This document shows, piece by piece, positions 23,991 to 37,962 of a DNA stretch of 64,000 bases; position 1 is the first letter of the stretch, and every line of letters starts with the position of its first letter. Source of the stretch: Gekko japonicus (taxonomy: Eukaryota); assembly GCF_001447785.1 (NCBI RefSeq), contig NW_015169197.1:457640-521639 (forward strand), given 5' to 3'. The translations under genes and the position numbers were made by a program. The notes beneath the pieces are model-generated. The model was not told the origin of the DNA, made no database searches, and was given only the letters and a program-made list of their open reading frames with translations.

Positions 23991-24200
23991 CCCTGACCTG
24001 GATAGGCCAGTCTAGACAGATCTTGTCCGATCTCAGAAACTAAGCAGGGTCAGCCCTGGCAAGTACTTGGATGGGTGACCACCAAGGAATACCAGGGTTG
24101 TGACATGAAGGTAGGCAATGGCAAACCACCACTGAACACCTCTTGCCTTGCCAACCCTATGGGGTCTCCATAAGTCAGTTGTGACTTGACGGCAAAAAAA
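23991..24200 (+). mobile_element. 5S rRNA-derived SINE
   Basis: gatcttgtccgatctcagaaactaagcagggtc...tacttggatgggtgaccacc resembles the 5S internal promoter. Non-5S 3' half and A tail. Degenerate TSD acctacctc/acctgcctc. Confidence 0.85.
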
Positions 24201-24449
24201 ACCCCAAACCACCTGCCTCAACTCCTTTGGGAAAGAGGTGGTATAGAAATGTTTGAAAGAAATGAAAATATATCCACAATGGAACTCTCAGCATATTTGG
24301 ATATCGAGTTAAACTTTATACTGTTGGAAACAATGAACTCATCAACAGGGTATTAATATCATATGAATTGTAGCATATTTATTGTGCACAATATTAGCAT
24401 CACTTATAAAGTAAATGTATCTTTGACAAAATAGTGTACAAGTTTATTT

Positions 24450-24900
24450 GTTTGCTTCTTCATTTATTGGATTTTTATCCTGCCTTTCCCTGCATGCAGG
24501 GCTCAGGGTGGCTCACAACAATTAAAACACAACTGACCCGAAGGTGATATGATGACGTCACCCAGAATTGACGTCATCACATCACCGACATCAGGCAGTG
24601 ATGCTCTAGTTTCTGGCAAAATTCTACAGTAAAGTCAACTACAAATATAGAGTTTTGCCCCAAAATTAGATTGTCACCCCTCAATGTTGGTGACGTGATG
24701 ACATCCCTTCTGGATGACATAATTGTGTGTGTGAAGCTCGCACAGCAGAAGATCCTGAAAGGGGGCAAGGATTTCCCCATCAACTGCCAGTTAGGACCTG
24801 GCAACCCTAGGCAGAACATCTCCATTTTACAGACCCTGCTGAACTGAAGCAGATCCCACAGGGCCCTGATCTCACTCGGGAGAATGTTCCAGCAGGCCAG
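24450..24900. mobile_element. L2 3' remnant (minus) containing a hAT-like fragment (~24530-24809)
   Basis: Tail and body pieces match the 19663 L2. The insert has an imperfect internal palindrome and ends ctggcaacccta. Confidence 0.6.
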
Positions 24901-25498
24901 AGTTTACCTTATACACAGGAATTATTATCTAATATAGTAGTAGATCGTATTACTTTAAAACCTTCATACTGTACATTATGAACAACCCCTAGTCTTTAGA
25001 AGCTTTTCATTATGTCCAAAGAGACAATATTTCACAGGAGTATTTATTTTCAGGAGCTTCCCAACCATTCCATTTTTTCCTCATAAAAGTACATAGGAAA
25101 AATCCCCCCTCTCATTTTTTCTGGGTTTCCACATCTCTGATGTGACATTGGGTGCACTCAGGTAACCAAGTTGGTAACCTTAAGGGAACTTTTCTAAGAG
25201 TGAGCCCTCAGAGCCCGTTAATAACATGGGTCTATGCCAATAAAGGTTTTGACTGACTGACTGAATAACATGGGATTTACCTCTGAGAAAACTGTTTAGC
25301 ATTGTTCCCCAAATCAACCAAAGATTATCCTTAGTTTAAAATCCTAGTTATAAGGGAAGAAACCGCAGTTTGTTAAAATGCCAGATTAAGGTGTCATGAC
25401 CAAATATGGGTAGTTCTGCTCTCAAATATGGATATGGAGGAAGGAAAAGGGGCCATATACTATGACGATTTCCTAGTTTGTCCTCATCAAAAACAAGC

Positions 25499-25614
25499 CA
25501 TGTTTGTTTTTGGTGTCTGAATGCAGCTGGTATGTTGTCATGTCTGCCAAAGACTCATTATCATGTTTGTTTTTGATGTCTGAATGCAGCTGCTATGTTG
25601 TCATGTCTGCCAAA
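25499..25614. repeat. ~54-bp direct duplication with 2 mismatches
   Basis: catgtttgtttttg(g/a)tgtctgaatgcagctg(g/c)tatgttgtcatgtctgccaaag occurs twice, ~9 nt apart. Confidence 0.85.
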
Positions 25615-28090
25615 GCAACTTGTAAAGATCCCCATAGTGGTTAGATAGTGGACCAACACAGATACCACCCCCATGCATTGATTCACTGCACGGGGAGGGA
25701 TAGGGTGTATGAGCACTGGTCCCACCTCCTGCCTCCACACAATCGGTTGGTGGTGTGCAAAGTGTGACCACATGGAAGAAGTGGTTGCCCAACACTCCCC
25801 TCTCTGTGATCAGCAACATCCTGAAACTTGTGTCTCAGTTCAGGGAAATAAGTGTACACACGGCCAGTTCCCCATGTGGTTGCACTCTGCAAACAACAGA
25901 GGCAGGGGTGGGGCCAGTACATAGTGAGTCAACTTGTGGGTGGGTCCTTTGTATTGGATGAGTCTGGACAGGAAAAGGAACACAGGCAAGGTTCTTTCGC
26001 TGGTGTGAAATAGAAGAGCCATACATCTCAAAACCCTGATTCCATTGATTAGCTGATCCCAAACTGTTTCCATTAATAAAAGCAAGATCTGATTTCCACC
26101 AAGTGGAGCTTCAGTAAAATATAACAAAAGTATTTTAATTTTCTGAAGAGTTTTGTCTAGGGATTTATTTCCTTAATCTGGATTCATTGTAACAGATTTT
26201 GTGAGATCTCGTTTTACACTTGCATACATTCCAAGGGGGTTGGTTGGGACTAAGAACAACATTCAGTATTACCATAATTAAGTGAGAAAAGGTCAGAGGA
26301 GCAGGTATTAAAATGCTACAAAGCATAATGGTGTGTCTCAAGGTCAAAATTTACTACTTAATAGTAAATCTTTCTCAGTCTCAACAGGTCCCTGCCATTT
26401 TTTAAAAAAAAGGATTTCTCCTTGCAGAATTTTCTCATTAGTTTGCAATATTTATATCTGTAGAAATTACAGTGCATTGTCAAGTAACTAGATTTTCTGT
26501 GTTGCATACCTGCCTGAATCCCTCAACCTTCTCTCTGCCTTCACCTGTTATCATGGGATAATTAATACCATCACTGTTCTCTTGGGGTTCTCCCACAATA
26601 CTAAAGATTTTTCAAAAATTCAGCATCAATACTATGCAGTGGTCAATTGCAAGTTTTCATGCATCTTAATGAATTGTCATATGCAAATGATCCATGTTTG
26701 TTTTTTTCCCTAGGAAATGTAGTAATCCTCTTACGTGTTTGACGAAATTACTGTATACGAGGTACAGAGAAGGAAAATGTTTTAGAGGTATGAGAAATCC
26801 ATGAGTGGTACAGTTGCTGTAGTAATGTTTAGTGTGAACTTGCTCAGGAGGTCTTAGTAGCATCATAGTTGGTTATCACAAAACAAATCCCAGAGCATTA
26901 TTTATGTAAAGAGCATCAGGCACAGTTCCCAAAGTTCTGCTGGATATTAGGTTCATTTCCGAGCGTGTAGATTCAGTTCAACGGGATTTACACATGATGA
27001 ATAGAGATTGAAATGAACAGAGGTTGTACAGCAAGGGTATTTGTGAAAGGCATTATGTTTTGTCTTTGTATCTTGAAATCCTAAAACTAACCAACCAAAC
27101 TGTTCCAATAGTCTACAATAAACTCTTCTTATCATTATATAGGCAGGTGTTTTTTGTTGTGAGGCAAAAACTCCTCTGGACAGCACTGCATGGAAACTGA
27201 TGGAAAAATCAAATTTCTTTTCCACTATCACCACAGGGTAGATTTACAAAGGGGAGCCAGCTTGAGTGCACTGGGTCTTATCCTGAGAATTCTGACATCG
27301 ATGGACAAAGTGTTGTTCTTGCTACTCCTCTATCCTAAAATCCCTGCAGTTATCAGAGAGAAGCATGTAGGAGACTTGGGGGCTATCAAGTGTACTACTT
27401 GAGTCAGTTCTGTGGTCCAAGGCTTGACTGTGTTTTCAACAAGAGTGAACTGGCCCAGCACCATGATGATGGCTTTCTGGAAAACATCAGTTAATTGGTC
27501 TACCAACCCTGGAAGACAGACTGGAAGACACAATGGTATCCACTCTTACTTGTTAATGAGGTAACCATGGGAACAAAATAGTTGTTACTCCTTCCAATGC
27601 AGTCCACCTCCATCCTGCAGCGCACAGAACACTAAATATAATGCTTAATCTGCAATACATGTTGGGCCACTGAGGTGATCCTATGGTTGCCATGGCAACC
27701 ATGAAATCCTGATCCATTCTAAACAGGGAGTCTTTGGCAGGATGCTGAAGTCACCCAGCTGGATTAATGATACAGGGGTGGATCCAACCATCCTTCAAGT
27801 ATTCAAATGGGAGAGCCACATAAAGATGGCGGAGAGTTCCTTAGATTGGAAGAAGGCTTCAGACTTGAGCCAAAAGGAAACGAGGGTTATAAATCTTTTA
27901 ATTAATGAATGCATAAATAAATAAACATTGCTCAGTGGAGTAGCAGGATAGAGGTGGGATCCAGTATGCTCTACTTCCTTGGGGAACTGAGATGGTCCCA
28001 TCCTACATCTTCTTTAACATAGTGTTAGGAAGAGCCCACCAGGAAGTACACATCTAAATATTAGGAAGAGCCCACCAGGAAGTACACATA

Positions 28091-28231
28091 GGATGCGGTC
28101 ATGCACACTAAATAATCCACATTCAATCCACTTTCGAATTGGATTTTGCCAGTTCACACAGTAAAAATCCAGTTGGAAAGTGCATTGAAAGCGGATTGAA
28201 AGTGGATTGTTTAGTGTGTGTGATCACAGCC
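28091..28231. mobile_element. Short palindromic Harbinger-like MITE
   Basis: Self-complementary, with TIR related to GGCTGCGGTCACAC. Second copy at 57554-57693. Confidence 0.85.
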
Positions 28232-28280
28232 AAAGAGTGGCAGAATACCTCATTCCTCATAATTTAGCAGTTTGGCCTTA

Positions 28281-28639
28281 GAGCCAAACTAGATGTGACA
28301 GTGTCCTCATGGCAGCCACCAGGATAATGATGCCACAATTTTATAATCATTTTAAAATGTCACAGTTTTGATTGTGCCCACAGCATAGCAGACTGAGGTG
28401 CTCTTGTCCCCCCCCCATGCCTTAGCAAGTGCTGAAATGGCTGCACACACAGAAACACACACACAGACAGACACACACTGTGGATATTTTGGCACTTGAA
28501 AAACTATGGGGAGTGGACAACAATGCAACACTGCAGGACCAATCAGGATATGTGCCCTTGTGGCATTTTTAAACAACTTTAAAATGGTGGCAGTGTCCTC
28601 ATAGTGGCAACAAGGATAATGTAACATCTACTTGAGCTC
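28281..28639. mobile_element. Harbinger-like MITE with TTA TSD
   Basis: TIRs gagccaaactagatgtgaca / tgtaacatctacttgagctc. TTA at 28278-28280 and 28640-28642. Confidence 0.8.
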
Positions 28640-29899
28640 TTAGTTTGGCCTTAGCAAGTGTTAGCAGAGCGCTAGCAGAAAGTGAATTTCACTAAAAGCA
28701 AAATTTAGGTTCTGAAGAAGAAGAAAAAAATCAAAAGATATAACAAAGGTAAATTCACCAATGATGTTTTTTTTGAGCAGGAAATATTTAGTATTTCTAA
28801 GAAATTCATGGGGTTTGAACTAGTTTGGGATATATATAATATATTGCTTTTTGCCCTAAGAAAAGTAGCTATTACTGGGGAAACTGTCAGGTGGTAATTA
28901 TTCTTCTAAATAAAAATAGCTGTGAGAAATAATATAATTTCAGCTAGCATTAGAAAGCAGATAGTTCCATGAATATTCAGGTTTGTTTGCATAATTCCCT
29001 TCCTCTCCCCATGCTTGCTTACCTTTCTACATTTGGTGTTTTTACTGCTACAAACAGTACTACTTTCAATCCCTGTTTACCCAAAGACTATTCACATGCA
29101 GAGGCATTCATTTCTCAGGAGATTTCTTGCAAATTCAGTCATGAAAAGAGGTGATGCCGTATGACTTCTCTAGCCAATCAGTGTGGAACAATACAGCTTG
29201 AATCCTGAGTACCTGCGATCAGACCATAGAGTAAAAAATTAGACAGAAGGCTTGTCAAGCAAGCTGGAATAATGAATAAATTAGAGACAATTGTGATTGG
29301 CAAAGAGTGAAAGAAGTGAAGTTTGTCACATAAAATATTTGTTATGTGTTATTTGCTCGGCTCAAATAGCAATATTGGAGCAGTTTCCTTAGGGGTATTT
29401 ATATGCGTATAAGCGTATGTCACTTAGTAAATGAAAGATATAGCATTTGTGCTATTATTATAGAAATGATGCAGAGTTGGTTTGCAGCAACTTTTCATGC
29501 ATGACGCAGCATGGCACTACAATGACATGTGACATAATTTGAAAACACAACGGATCTCAGCGCAACGCAACAGGTGCACAATGATATCAAAGCCGCTCCC
29601 TGTGTTTGCTACTCTTTCAGAATCAAGTTCTGAAGCAAGAACAATGTTAGTTGTTGCAAATGTTCTTCTTCTAAATGCTTTTTAGACATGGGCTGTGCTT
29701 CCCATTCAGAAAGGCAGTGACTGCCACATTTCTAATACATGTACCATAGGTCTCCTGTAAAACAGTGTCTCTTAAAATGCCACACTTTTCATGAAAATCA
29801 GAACTTAATAATCAAGAACAACTGTGTCCAGGAAGAAAGATTTACAGAAAAATATGTCCCACTCTTAGTCTCTAGAGATGCAGATAACATCTCGATCTG

Positions 29900-30682
29900 G
29901 AGAAGGAGGAGGAGGAGGAGATTGGCTTTGTACACTGCCCTTCACTACCTGAAGGAGTCACACGGGCCAGAAAATGCGGGGGGGGGAGCGTGGCTGTTTG
30001 CCCCTGAGCAAACTAACGTGCGGCTGCCAGATCACATGTCCCGCTGACGTCCTGTGGTTCGGGGGGAGGTGCCGATCACACGACAATCCTGCGGCGCGGC
30101 AAAGAAGCAGTGCAGCGCGATCACAGCAGCGATGGCTAGGCGCTGCTGCCATGGCAAATGGGGTTGTGTTTTTTAAAAAAACCGAGTGTGCGCATGCACC
30201 GTTGGGTGCTTGTGCGCATCCCGTGGAGACTTGGGGGAAAAAACCTTTTTGCGACAGGACATGGCCAGTGGCCGGATGCCACGAACTATCACCGGAAACA
30301 CGATCAGACGCCCGCTCTTGCCCCGCGGTTTCCGGAAACTAGTACCTCGGAGGTACTAGTTTTTTATGCCGCATCTTCGGTGGGAAGCCTTGGGTTAGCC
30401 ACGGCAGCTCTACGCTTCCCAGATGTTGCGGTATGGTCGTGCCTGGAAAATCTGCCTATCTTCCATCTCTGTAGCGTGGCTAATGCTCCGTGTGACCGCA
30501 GCCTCAGAGCGTCTTACAATCCCTTTCCCTTCCCCTCCTCACAACAGACACCCTGTGAGGTGGGTGGGGCTGGAAGAGCTCCTTTGAGAACTGCCCTTGA
30601 GAGAACAGCTCTGAAAGATCTGACCAGCAGCAGCTGCTTGTGGAGGAGTGGGGAATCAACCTCTGTTCTCCCAGATTATAAA
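29900..30682 (-). mobile_element. Squam3-like SINE split by Harbinger-like MITE
   Basis: SINE tail at 29900-29956; the SINE resumes at tcagagcgtcttacaatccc (30504). Confidence 0.8.
29957..30503. mobile_element. Harbinger-like MITE, same family as 23388, opposite orientation
   Basis: Right TIR ccgtgtgaccgcagcc, left TIR truncated, palindrome 30336-30362. Confidence 0.85.
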
Positions 30683-30767
30683 TCTGGCCTGATTTTTCTC
30701 CAACTTAATGGGATGCACAAGATGGGCCTGCCCCACTTTTGTTCTCCCTAAAAGAGAGTGGTTCTTT

Positions 30768-30812
<45 letters not shown>
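30768..30812. repeat. (CA)n(GA)n compound microsatellite
   Basis: Seen directly. Confidence 0.95.
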
Positions 30813-30815
<3 letters not shown>

Positions 30816-30947
30816 TACCTGTAGTTTCTGGGTGATTTCAGAGTTGAGGGCTGCTAGGCTTTCTTGACCATGGTGCCATTTGAGGGCTTCTTCTGTGATA
30901 TCTATACTGATTTTGTAAAGAGGAGAGTTGAAATAGCATTCTGAGTT

Positions 30948-31118
30948 CTAAGATTGCCAACCTCCAGCTAAGGCCTGGAGATATCTCAGAATTCAGCTGA
31001 TCTCCAGGAGACAGAGGTAAGTTCCCCTGGAGACAGTGGCTGCTTTGGAGGGTGAAGTCTATGGCATTGTGGCTCCCCAAACCCCGCCCTCCCCAAATAT
31101 CGAGGAATTTTCCAGCTC
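30948..31118. mobile_element. TAGGGTTGCCA-family MITE (partial)
   Basis: gattgccaacctccag...gctttggagggtgaagtctatggcatt body. Confidence 0.7.
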
Positions 31119-31833
31119 TCTTGATTACAGATAGATTTCATTCAATGTAATTGTACCTGAAAAAAGAATGAGGCAGTAAGAAAATATGTAACTGACTGGG
31201 CATTTACATAACTTTTTAGGGATAATTAGAAGCTATAGTTCAAAAAAAGAATGAAATAGATAAAAACAGGAACAGTTGAGCTAAAGATTCTAGTGCAGGC
31301 TAAGATTAAACTGTGTTCTCTTCATCCTTTCTAGTCCTTTTCCACAGAGGAAAAAGGAACAGCTGTTCTTCTTCAGAGCTCCATTCACACATACATTTCA
31401 CAATATGGGAACCACCACCTCTCCCATATTACCCCAAGATGTGTAGAAAATGATATGGGCTGGGTGTGGGCATTTTTCATCTGCTTGTTGTCCAGATGGG
31501 ACTTGAAGTAAAGAGCGTATATACTGATACTGTTTGCCTTACTGTCATGGTTATAGTATTCATTTCATACCCATACCATAATAGTGTAAGATCTCACTAC
31601 ACTGGAATTGCTCCATGCCTGTAATGGAGAGTTTCCTCTTTTAAATCATTATTTGCTGCTCTTTTTGGATATGCAATTGTTGCCCACGCAAAGAAGCTCA
31701 AGTACTTGTGAGCAGTAGGCTGGGGGCACTTACAGTGCCATCCTAAGCAGAGGCACACGATTGAAGTCAATGTGCTTAGTAGTGTATAACTCTTTAGGTT
31801 TGCAGTGTTCATTATGAGTAGATCCACTGGAGG

Positions 31834-31850
31834 NNNNNNNNNNNNNNNNN
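31834..31850. other. Assembly gap (N run)
   Basis: N bases. Confidence 0.99.
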
Positions 31851-32201
31851 TTGAAACTGGGTTTTTTCCACACAGTGTATTTGTTTCAGGCCTTGACTGG
31901 AAGCAGATATAATATTCCTTGTGATGTCTATGGAACACTATAGATACTATTTATTTATCATATGGCAGAGTTACACACAGGAAGTATATAATAATATAAA
32001 ATATATAACCAAGTTGGTACAACAGGAATGCAGACCGATTGGGCAATCCCCCTAAATACTAATATCTAGATTTTCAGTCCACTCAGTCGCAGGTGGGAAG
32101 AGTTCAAAGAGCTCCATCACATCTCCATGGAAAGCACAATGCTCTGAATTCCCCATTAATATCAATAAGAGAATTTAGCACATGCTTAAGTCGATCCTGT
32201 A

Positions 32202-32340
32202 GTCAATATAGCATTGTGGTTAGAATGTTGGACTAAGACCAGGGATGCTTAGGCTCAGATCCTACTTTGCCATGATGTTCACTGGTTGACTTTGGGCCAG
32301 TCACTATTTCTGAGCCTAACCTACCTCATAGGATCATTTT
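32202..32340 (+). mobile_element. Old tRNA-derived SINE (MIR/Squam3-like)
   Basis: tgtggttagaatgttggact...ttgggccagtcac...gcctaacctacctcatagg. Confidence 0.6.
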
Positions 32341-33522
32341 GAATATTGTGTCCATATTTAAGATATCAACTGTACATTTTTCTTCTCTCTTTTTTATTAA
32401 TAAGCTCCTTTATCCAAAGATTTTGAGCAAAATCAATAAAGTAAAATAAGACAAATAAAATACTATAACAACAAAATTAACTATTAAACATATAAAACTT
32501 TACCAAAAATAAAATACATCAAAGCCCATCATATGAAAGTGTTAATAATTTGGCAACAAAACCTATACATTTTTCTTATGTGTCATCCCAATCTCACATA
32601 TTCCCAATATATTCACTCACGATTTGCATACGCTGCATTGCCTCCCCCCCCACCACCACTATGCTTCTTCCCTGGGTTTGGAAGGATTCTCGTTCTGTGT
32701 AAGTGGGTATCCTTTGCTGGAACCATTACAACTACAGGGTGCAAGCCCAGTAGTCTGTCCTCTGTTTGCAGCTGATAGCGGAAGTCAGAGAGGGGAAAAC
32801 AGTTTTTTTGGTCTAAGTTTGACATCCCTACATGTCTTGTGCTCTCAGGGAGGGATAAAAGCAACAATTCTGCTTATATTCTCAATAAAAAGGGAAGAGC
32901 TTCCATGATGTTTGGCAGCAGGATCCAAATTCCCAGAAGCCAGTTGTACTGAACACCCCGTCCCATTGGCTGGGGGGAGGGATGATTTAAACATGCACAT
33001 TGACAGGCAAAGATGAATGAAAAATCAAATCTCTCCCCTTGACTGGAAGGAGACCAGGAAAGACATAATTATGGACAAGTCCACCCATTCATGTGTAAAG
33101 GTGTGATGAGGAAAGGTGTTATCATTTTTACACAAGCAGAGCATGTGGGGGAAGAGTGGTAGCCCCTCATCCCTTATTATGCACTGTGAATCACTGGGTC
33201 TTCTCCAAGTCAGCCTGACAGCTCCTCAATATGTAGTGGGACCACAGACTGAATGGAAAGCATGGGGTATGTATGGCAGTAGATATTAAATTTAACTCTT
33301 CCCCAACCCCATTTTCATGCTGAAGGTTCCCCCACTCCCACAACTGTTTTGGTAACTTATGAAAAATAAAATCTGTGTATACAATTGAGCCTGAAACCTC
33401 TGTATGAAGCCACTATTTTCCCTGTTTCTAGTCAGTCAGCTAGGAAGCATTGAATGCCCGGTGCATGCCTGATCCAGACTTCACAGGGCAGCCACAAAGA
33501 CTTTTTAAATATGTGAATCAGC

Positions 33523-33741
33523 TAGGGTTGCCAACTCTAGATTGGGAAATACCTGGAGATTTTGGGGATGGAGCCTGGGGAGGGCAGGGTTTGGGGAGGG
33601 AAGCAATCTCATTGGTATATAATGCCATAGGGTTCACCCTCCAAAGTAGCCATTTTTTTCCCAGGGGAACATCTCTGTTGCCAGGAAATTGGTTGTAATT
33701 CCATGAGATCTCCAGGCACCACCTGGAGGTTGTCCACCCTA
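33523..33741. mobile_element. TAGGGTTGCCA-family MITE
   Basis: Both termini present. Degenerate 8-bp TSD gaatcagc/gaatcaag. Confidence 0.85.
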
Positions 33742-36700
33742 GAATCAAGGAAAGCCTGCAGGGTTTTTTTTACTTGATTTATTTTGTACAGTTGGTATGA
33801 TATGTTTTTAATTTTTCCAAAAGTAGTACTGGGTTTTAGAAAAATTATATACATTTCAGAGAGATAAAATTATGTAACTAGGAATATGGGTAGAGTAAAT
33901 GGTAGCCAACACATATCTGGCTTGTGTTAGTGTACAATATAGTTATGCATCCCCTCAAGCTCTGGAACTTCCATACGAGTGAAGTACACAAAGCTTTTTG
34001 TTTCAAGATTCCATATATGTTGAATGAGCTACCTGTTGATATGAGAACAACTAAAATCTTTCCTGCTATAAGGAGAAACTAAAATAGAAAACAGCTTCCC
34101 GCAAGGCTGTCAAACAAAGCTATTTAAGAAAGCTCATAGGATGTAAATTTGGAAGATGTCTATGTGAATATACAGAATTACCTACCTTTACTTTTAAACA
34201 GAGAACTCAAGACCTACAAAAGGTGCAGAGGGAAAGATATCTTGTGGTCCACTTTACAAATTCCTAACAAATGGGAGAAAAGACTGTCCATGGTTATTAG
34301 ATTTGCTTCTATTGAATGATTGATTTTTCTAGCCCATCTCTCTGCCATATGGCAGTATACAAATGATTTCAGATTAAGCTAAATTGACCATCCATGGATA
34401 TAAACAGCGTATTCCTGAGTGCCAGAAAGTGGAACCGAACAGTAGCCACAGGCCAAACAATAAAATGAGCTTTTTGTTTGTGAGCTTTTCGGAAGCATTT
34501 AGCAGCATTTGGAGATAGGGTCATCACAAGAAAAGTATTGGTGGTCTGATTCAGTAAAGCAATTGTTGCACTTTGAAGAAATGTGCAAGTGGGAAACATT
34601 TCTGATCTGATCTGTAACCACATGCAGATGCGCACTGCTAAGTGGGCAAGGGAAGTTTTAGTTTACTTCTCTACCCCTTCCCCCCGTGCTTCACATATTG
34701 TTCATAACCTTTGTATAGTAGCCAGCATACTTAGATGGGATTTGCATAAGCAGTACACCATAAAAGTGAACTGGTTCAGTCACATGATTCCAATCAAGGT
34801 CTGTAGTCCGCTCTGCACACATTTTGGTTCAAAAAATTAAAGCATTAGGGACTATAGTCTTATACTATGTATAGCTTGCACTGCCTGTTGCTATAAGTAG
34901 GATCCTGCTGTGTAATTTTTGCATCATTTAATGTATTGTATTAATACTTAAGCTTTGTTCCAGTTCTGTTTTCAGATTTCTGGCTGGGACCATATATCTA
35001 CAATCCAACCCCATGTTTATTGGATGCCCCCTTTTGATGAATCGTTGACTTACTCTGTATAATCTGCACTGAGTTCCAGTGAGAAAGATGGACTATAAAA
35101 TAAATAAATACATAAATAAAATAAGTAAGTAAAAAAATTAAAACAAACAAATAAATAAATTAGTAAAATAACAATGCATGCAGATGAAACATAGAGGGGG
35201 GATGGGGCTAGTGACACTGTTATGAATCTGCAAAAGACATGTTAATATTCATGCAATCTCATCATAGCCTTTTCTGATAATATTACCTGTGGGTTAAGGT
35301 TGTCCAAGTAGCAGAGAGATTCCTACCAATAGACACGTGCCAAGTAAGTGGAGGTTTTTGTTGTTTTTAAGGCTCAAGTTTCTATAACAATATTTTTTAA
35401 ATCCATAGCATGTATTTCCAGCATAGCATAGTATACCTACAACATGTCATGTGTACTCTAAAAATATTTGCAATGGAACACTACTCAGCGAGTATTAGCA
35501 GCTGCTCCCCAAACATCGGCTGCCATGTAAATGTGGGAAACAGCCCCCCGGGTGGCTTCTTCAGCTATTTTTTTTTTGCAAAGGACATCTATCATATCAG
35601 CTGTGTGTGTTGGCAAATACCTTTAAAATGGACCCAAAATGGCAAGCATGAAAGGACTTCTGCCTCCCCACCCATATGCACAGACACACGCCTTGCTCAT
35701 ACATTTTAAAGGGCAAAGGCATGATTTATACAAGCATGTCCTTCATCTGGATTGTGTCCTTGCTGCTCTTTTAATAGGAGATAAAAAAGATACCATGTTT
35801 TCATCAGTAGCTTGCAATTTATTTAAGAACTGCCAAATGAAGAAGCAAAAAATAAAAAGGGGGGTCCTTTCTTTGACTAGAAAGTGGGGTGTCCTTTAAA
35901 AGCCTGGTAGCACTTGAGCCAAAGAGAACTGTGATTTAGGGTTTTGTTATGAAGACCCCTGTGAACGGGACTGAATGCTTCCCCCCCCCTTCCACCATGC
36001 ATGGGGCTAACAGCTAGCAATAACCCCAGATCGCCTCCTTGCAAACTGCCACTCAAACCACATTAGGGAGCTTTGCGAAATCACAGTTTGTTCTTGCAGT
36101 GAAGGATTCAGACCGCACAATTGCTCGCAGTTCGTACAGTGCAGTGTTGGCTGGAGACAATGTGCCAAGCCAAGCCTGGAGTGGGATTATGGGGGCCTTT
36201 ACACACTGTGCAACTTGGCTATTTTCTCTCTTGTCCTAAATCCTTCAATCAAATGAGTTACATTTACGTTGGGACTCTTGCTTGATGAAATTGCCTGTGT
36301 CATTGTTGGCTAGTGCAGCTGTTTGAAAGAAATATGAGAGGTTCCCCCACCCCCTTAAAATGTTTTTGGTACTCTCGTTGAAGAGGGAATAATACAGTAT
36401 GAAAGAAACCTGAAGGAGCCGTTAGGGTCCATTGTGTTGGTCCAGCTGCTACACATGCATATTAAAGCCACATTTTAAAATGCCTGTGAAGCTTTTTTGT
36501 GTGTTTGTTTTGTTTTGGAGTCCATTTTTAAACCTTCGTACTCCCCCCCTTTTCATTTTCAGAATATTTTAGCTATTAGTTAAGCATGTGAGCTGATTCG
36601 CAGACCATTTCCAAATTAAACTGAAACTGCTGTTTGCTATAGGAAGGAAAGGACACATCTCTAGCCAATAACTTCATTTTTGACAAGCAAAATAAAAAGT

Positions 36701-37168
36701 ATATGTCTCATCTAAGAAGAATTATCTCCTGTCTACTGCCAGTTTCAGACTACAGTGATTTTTTTTTTAATCTATCCAGTATGTACCCCCTCCCAAGAAG
36801 TTCTGGGCCAGGTATATGAGCCCAGTTTTGGGGCTCCAAACAATGTACATTGTACATGCATAGAAGAGAGTGGTACCTCACCTGCAGACCCTACCCTGCA
36901 TATCTGCCTCTATAACTGAAAATTTACAGCAAACCCTACCTGTCTGCAGCGTTCCTGATTATTTGGAGAAGGCTACCCAAGCCATAGAGGAGACCACTGT
37001 AGACAAAGAAATCTTGGCTCAGGCCCAGCAGGTGCCATCCCATTCCTCCCATTGTGATTTGGTGTATGCAGTGTGAATGCCAGAATAAAACTAGGGAGTT
37101 TTTCCATGTTATCTCACATCAGTTCTGAAAAATAGGTTAACCCCTCATACACCTTAACTGCATGGAGC

Positions 37169-37384
37169 CAGGGCCGGATTTAGACTTGCTGAGGCCCTAA
37201 GCTATACAAAACCCAGAGGCCCCCTACTGTTTTAAATTACATCAGCTGGTCTCAGAAAAATTTAAAATATATACGCCTTTTTAATATTTGAAATCATTTT
37301 TATATTGTGTTTTTATTCGAGGCCCCAGCAGATTGTGAGGCCCTAAGCTGTAGCTTATTTAGCTTATGCGTAAATCCGGCACTG
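37169..37384. mobile_element. hAT MITE (CAGGGCCGGATTTA TIR)
   Basis: TIRs cagggccggattta / taaatccggcactg. Perfect 8-bp TSD CATGGAGC (37161-37168, 37385-37392). Repeated gaggccctaagct motif. Confidence 0.92.
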
Positions 37385-37754
37385 CATGGAGCCGATGCCT
37401 TGTGGTGAGATCGAACATGAGTCAGTTTATATTCAGTGACTGTCCTGCGTAAGGTATCCCCACCAGATAGTGACAACATTCACATACTGAATCCACGTAG
37501 GAATGCAAGGAAGCCTCTCTCGTGGTCTGTGTGAGACAGAACAATGGAAGATGCTTTGGGTCCCCATTGGGGATTGAGGTGGTGCATAAATGGAGTATGC
37601 AAATAAATAAAGGAGGATTCTGAAGTGGAAAGATGGTAGCTTCCTAGAAAGTACCCACCCCCCAAGAAAAACCTACATCTGGATAGAGATTTGAATCTAG
37701 GCCTTTTCAGTCCAAATCCAACACTCTGGCCACTCCACTGTGGTGGTGGTGGAA

Positions 37755-37962
37755 AGGGCCATCAAGTCACAGCTGACCTGTGGCGACCCCGTAGGGTTTT
37801 CAAAGCAAGAGACATTCAGAGTTTGTTTGCCACTGCCTACCTCTGCATTGCAACCCTGGTATTCCTTGGTGGTCTCCCTTCCAAATACTACCCAGGGTCA
37901 ACGTTGCTTAGCTTCTGAGATTTGTCGAGATTAGGCTACACTGGGCTATCCAGGTCAGGGCA
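37755..37962 (-). mobile_element. 5S rRNA-derived SINE
   Basis: Reverse complement of the 23991 family. Confidence 0.85.

Noticed and set aside
23991-24100. 5S rRNA gene (also 3381, 37755, 63395)
   Set aside because: Only the internal promoter part resembles 5S. The 5' end differs and it is fused to a shared non-5S tail, so these are SINEs.
30158-30751. 197-aa ORF (similarly 40725-41297, 53104-53724, 62121-62750)
   Set aside because: Chance read-through of MITE, SINE or CR1 sequence, with no domain or splice support.
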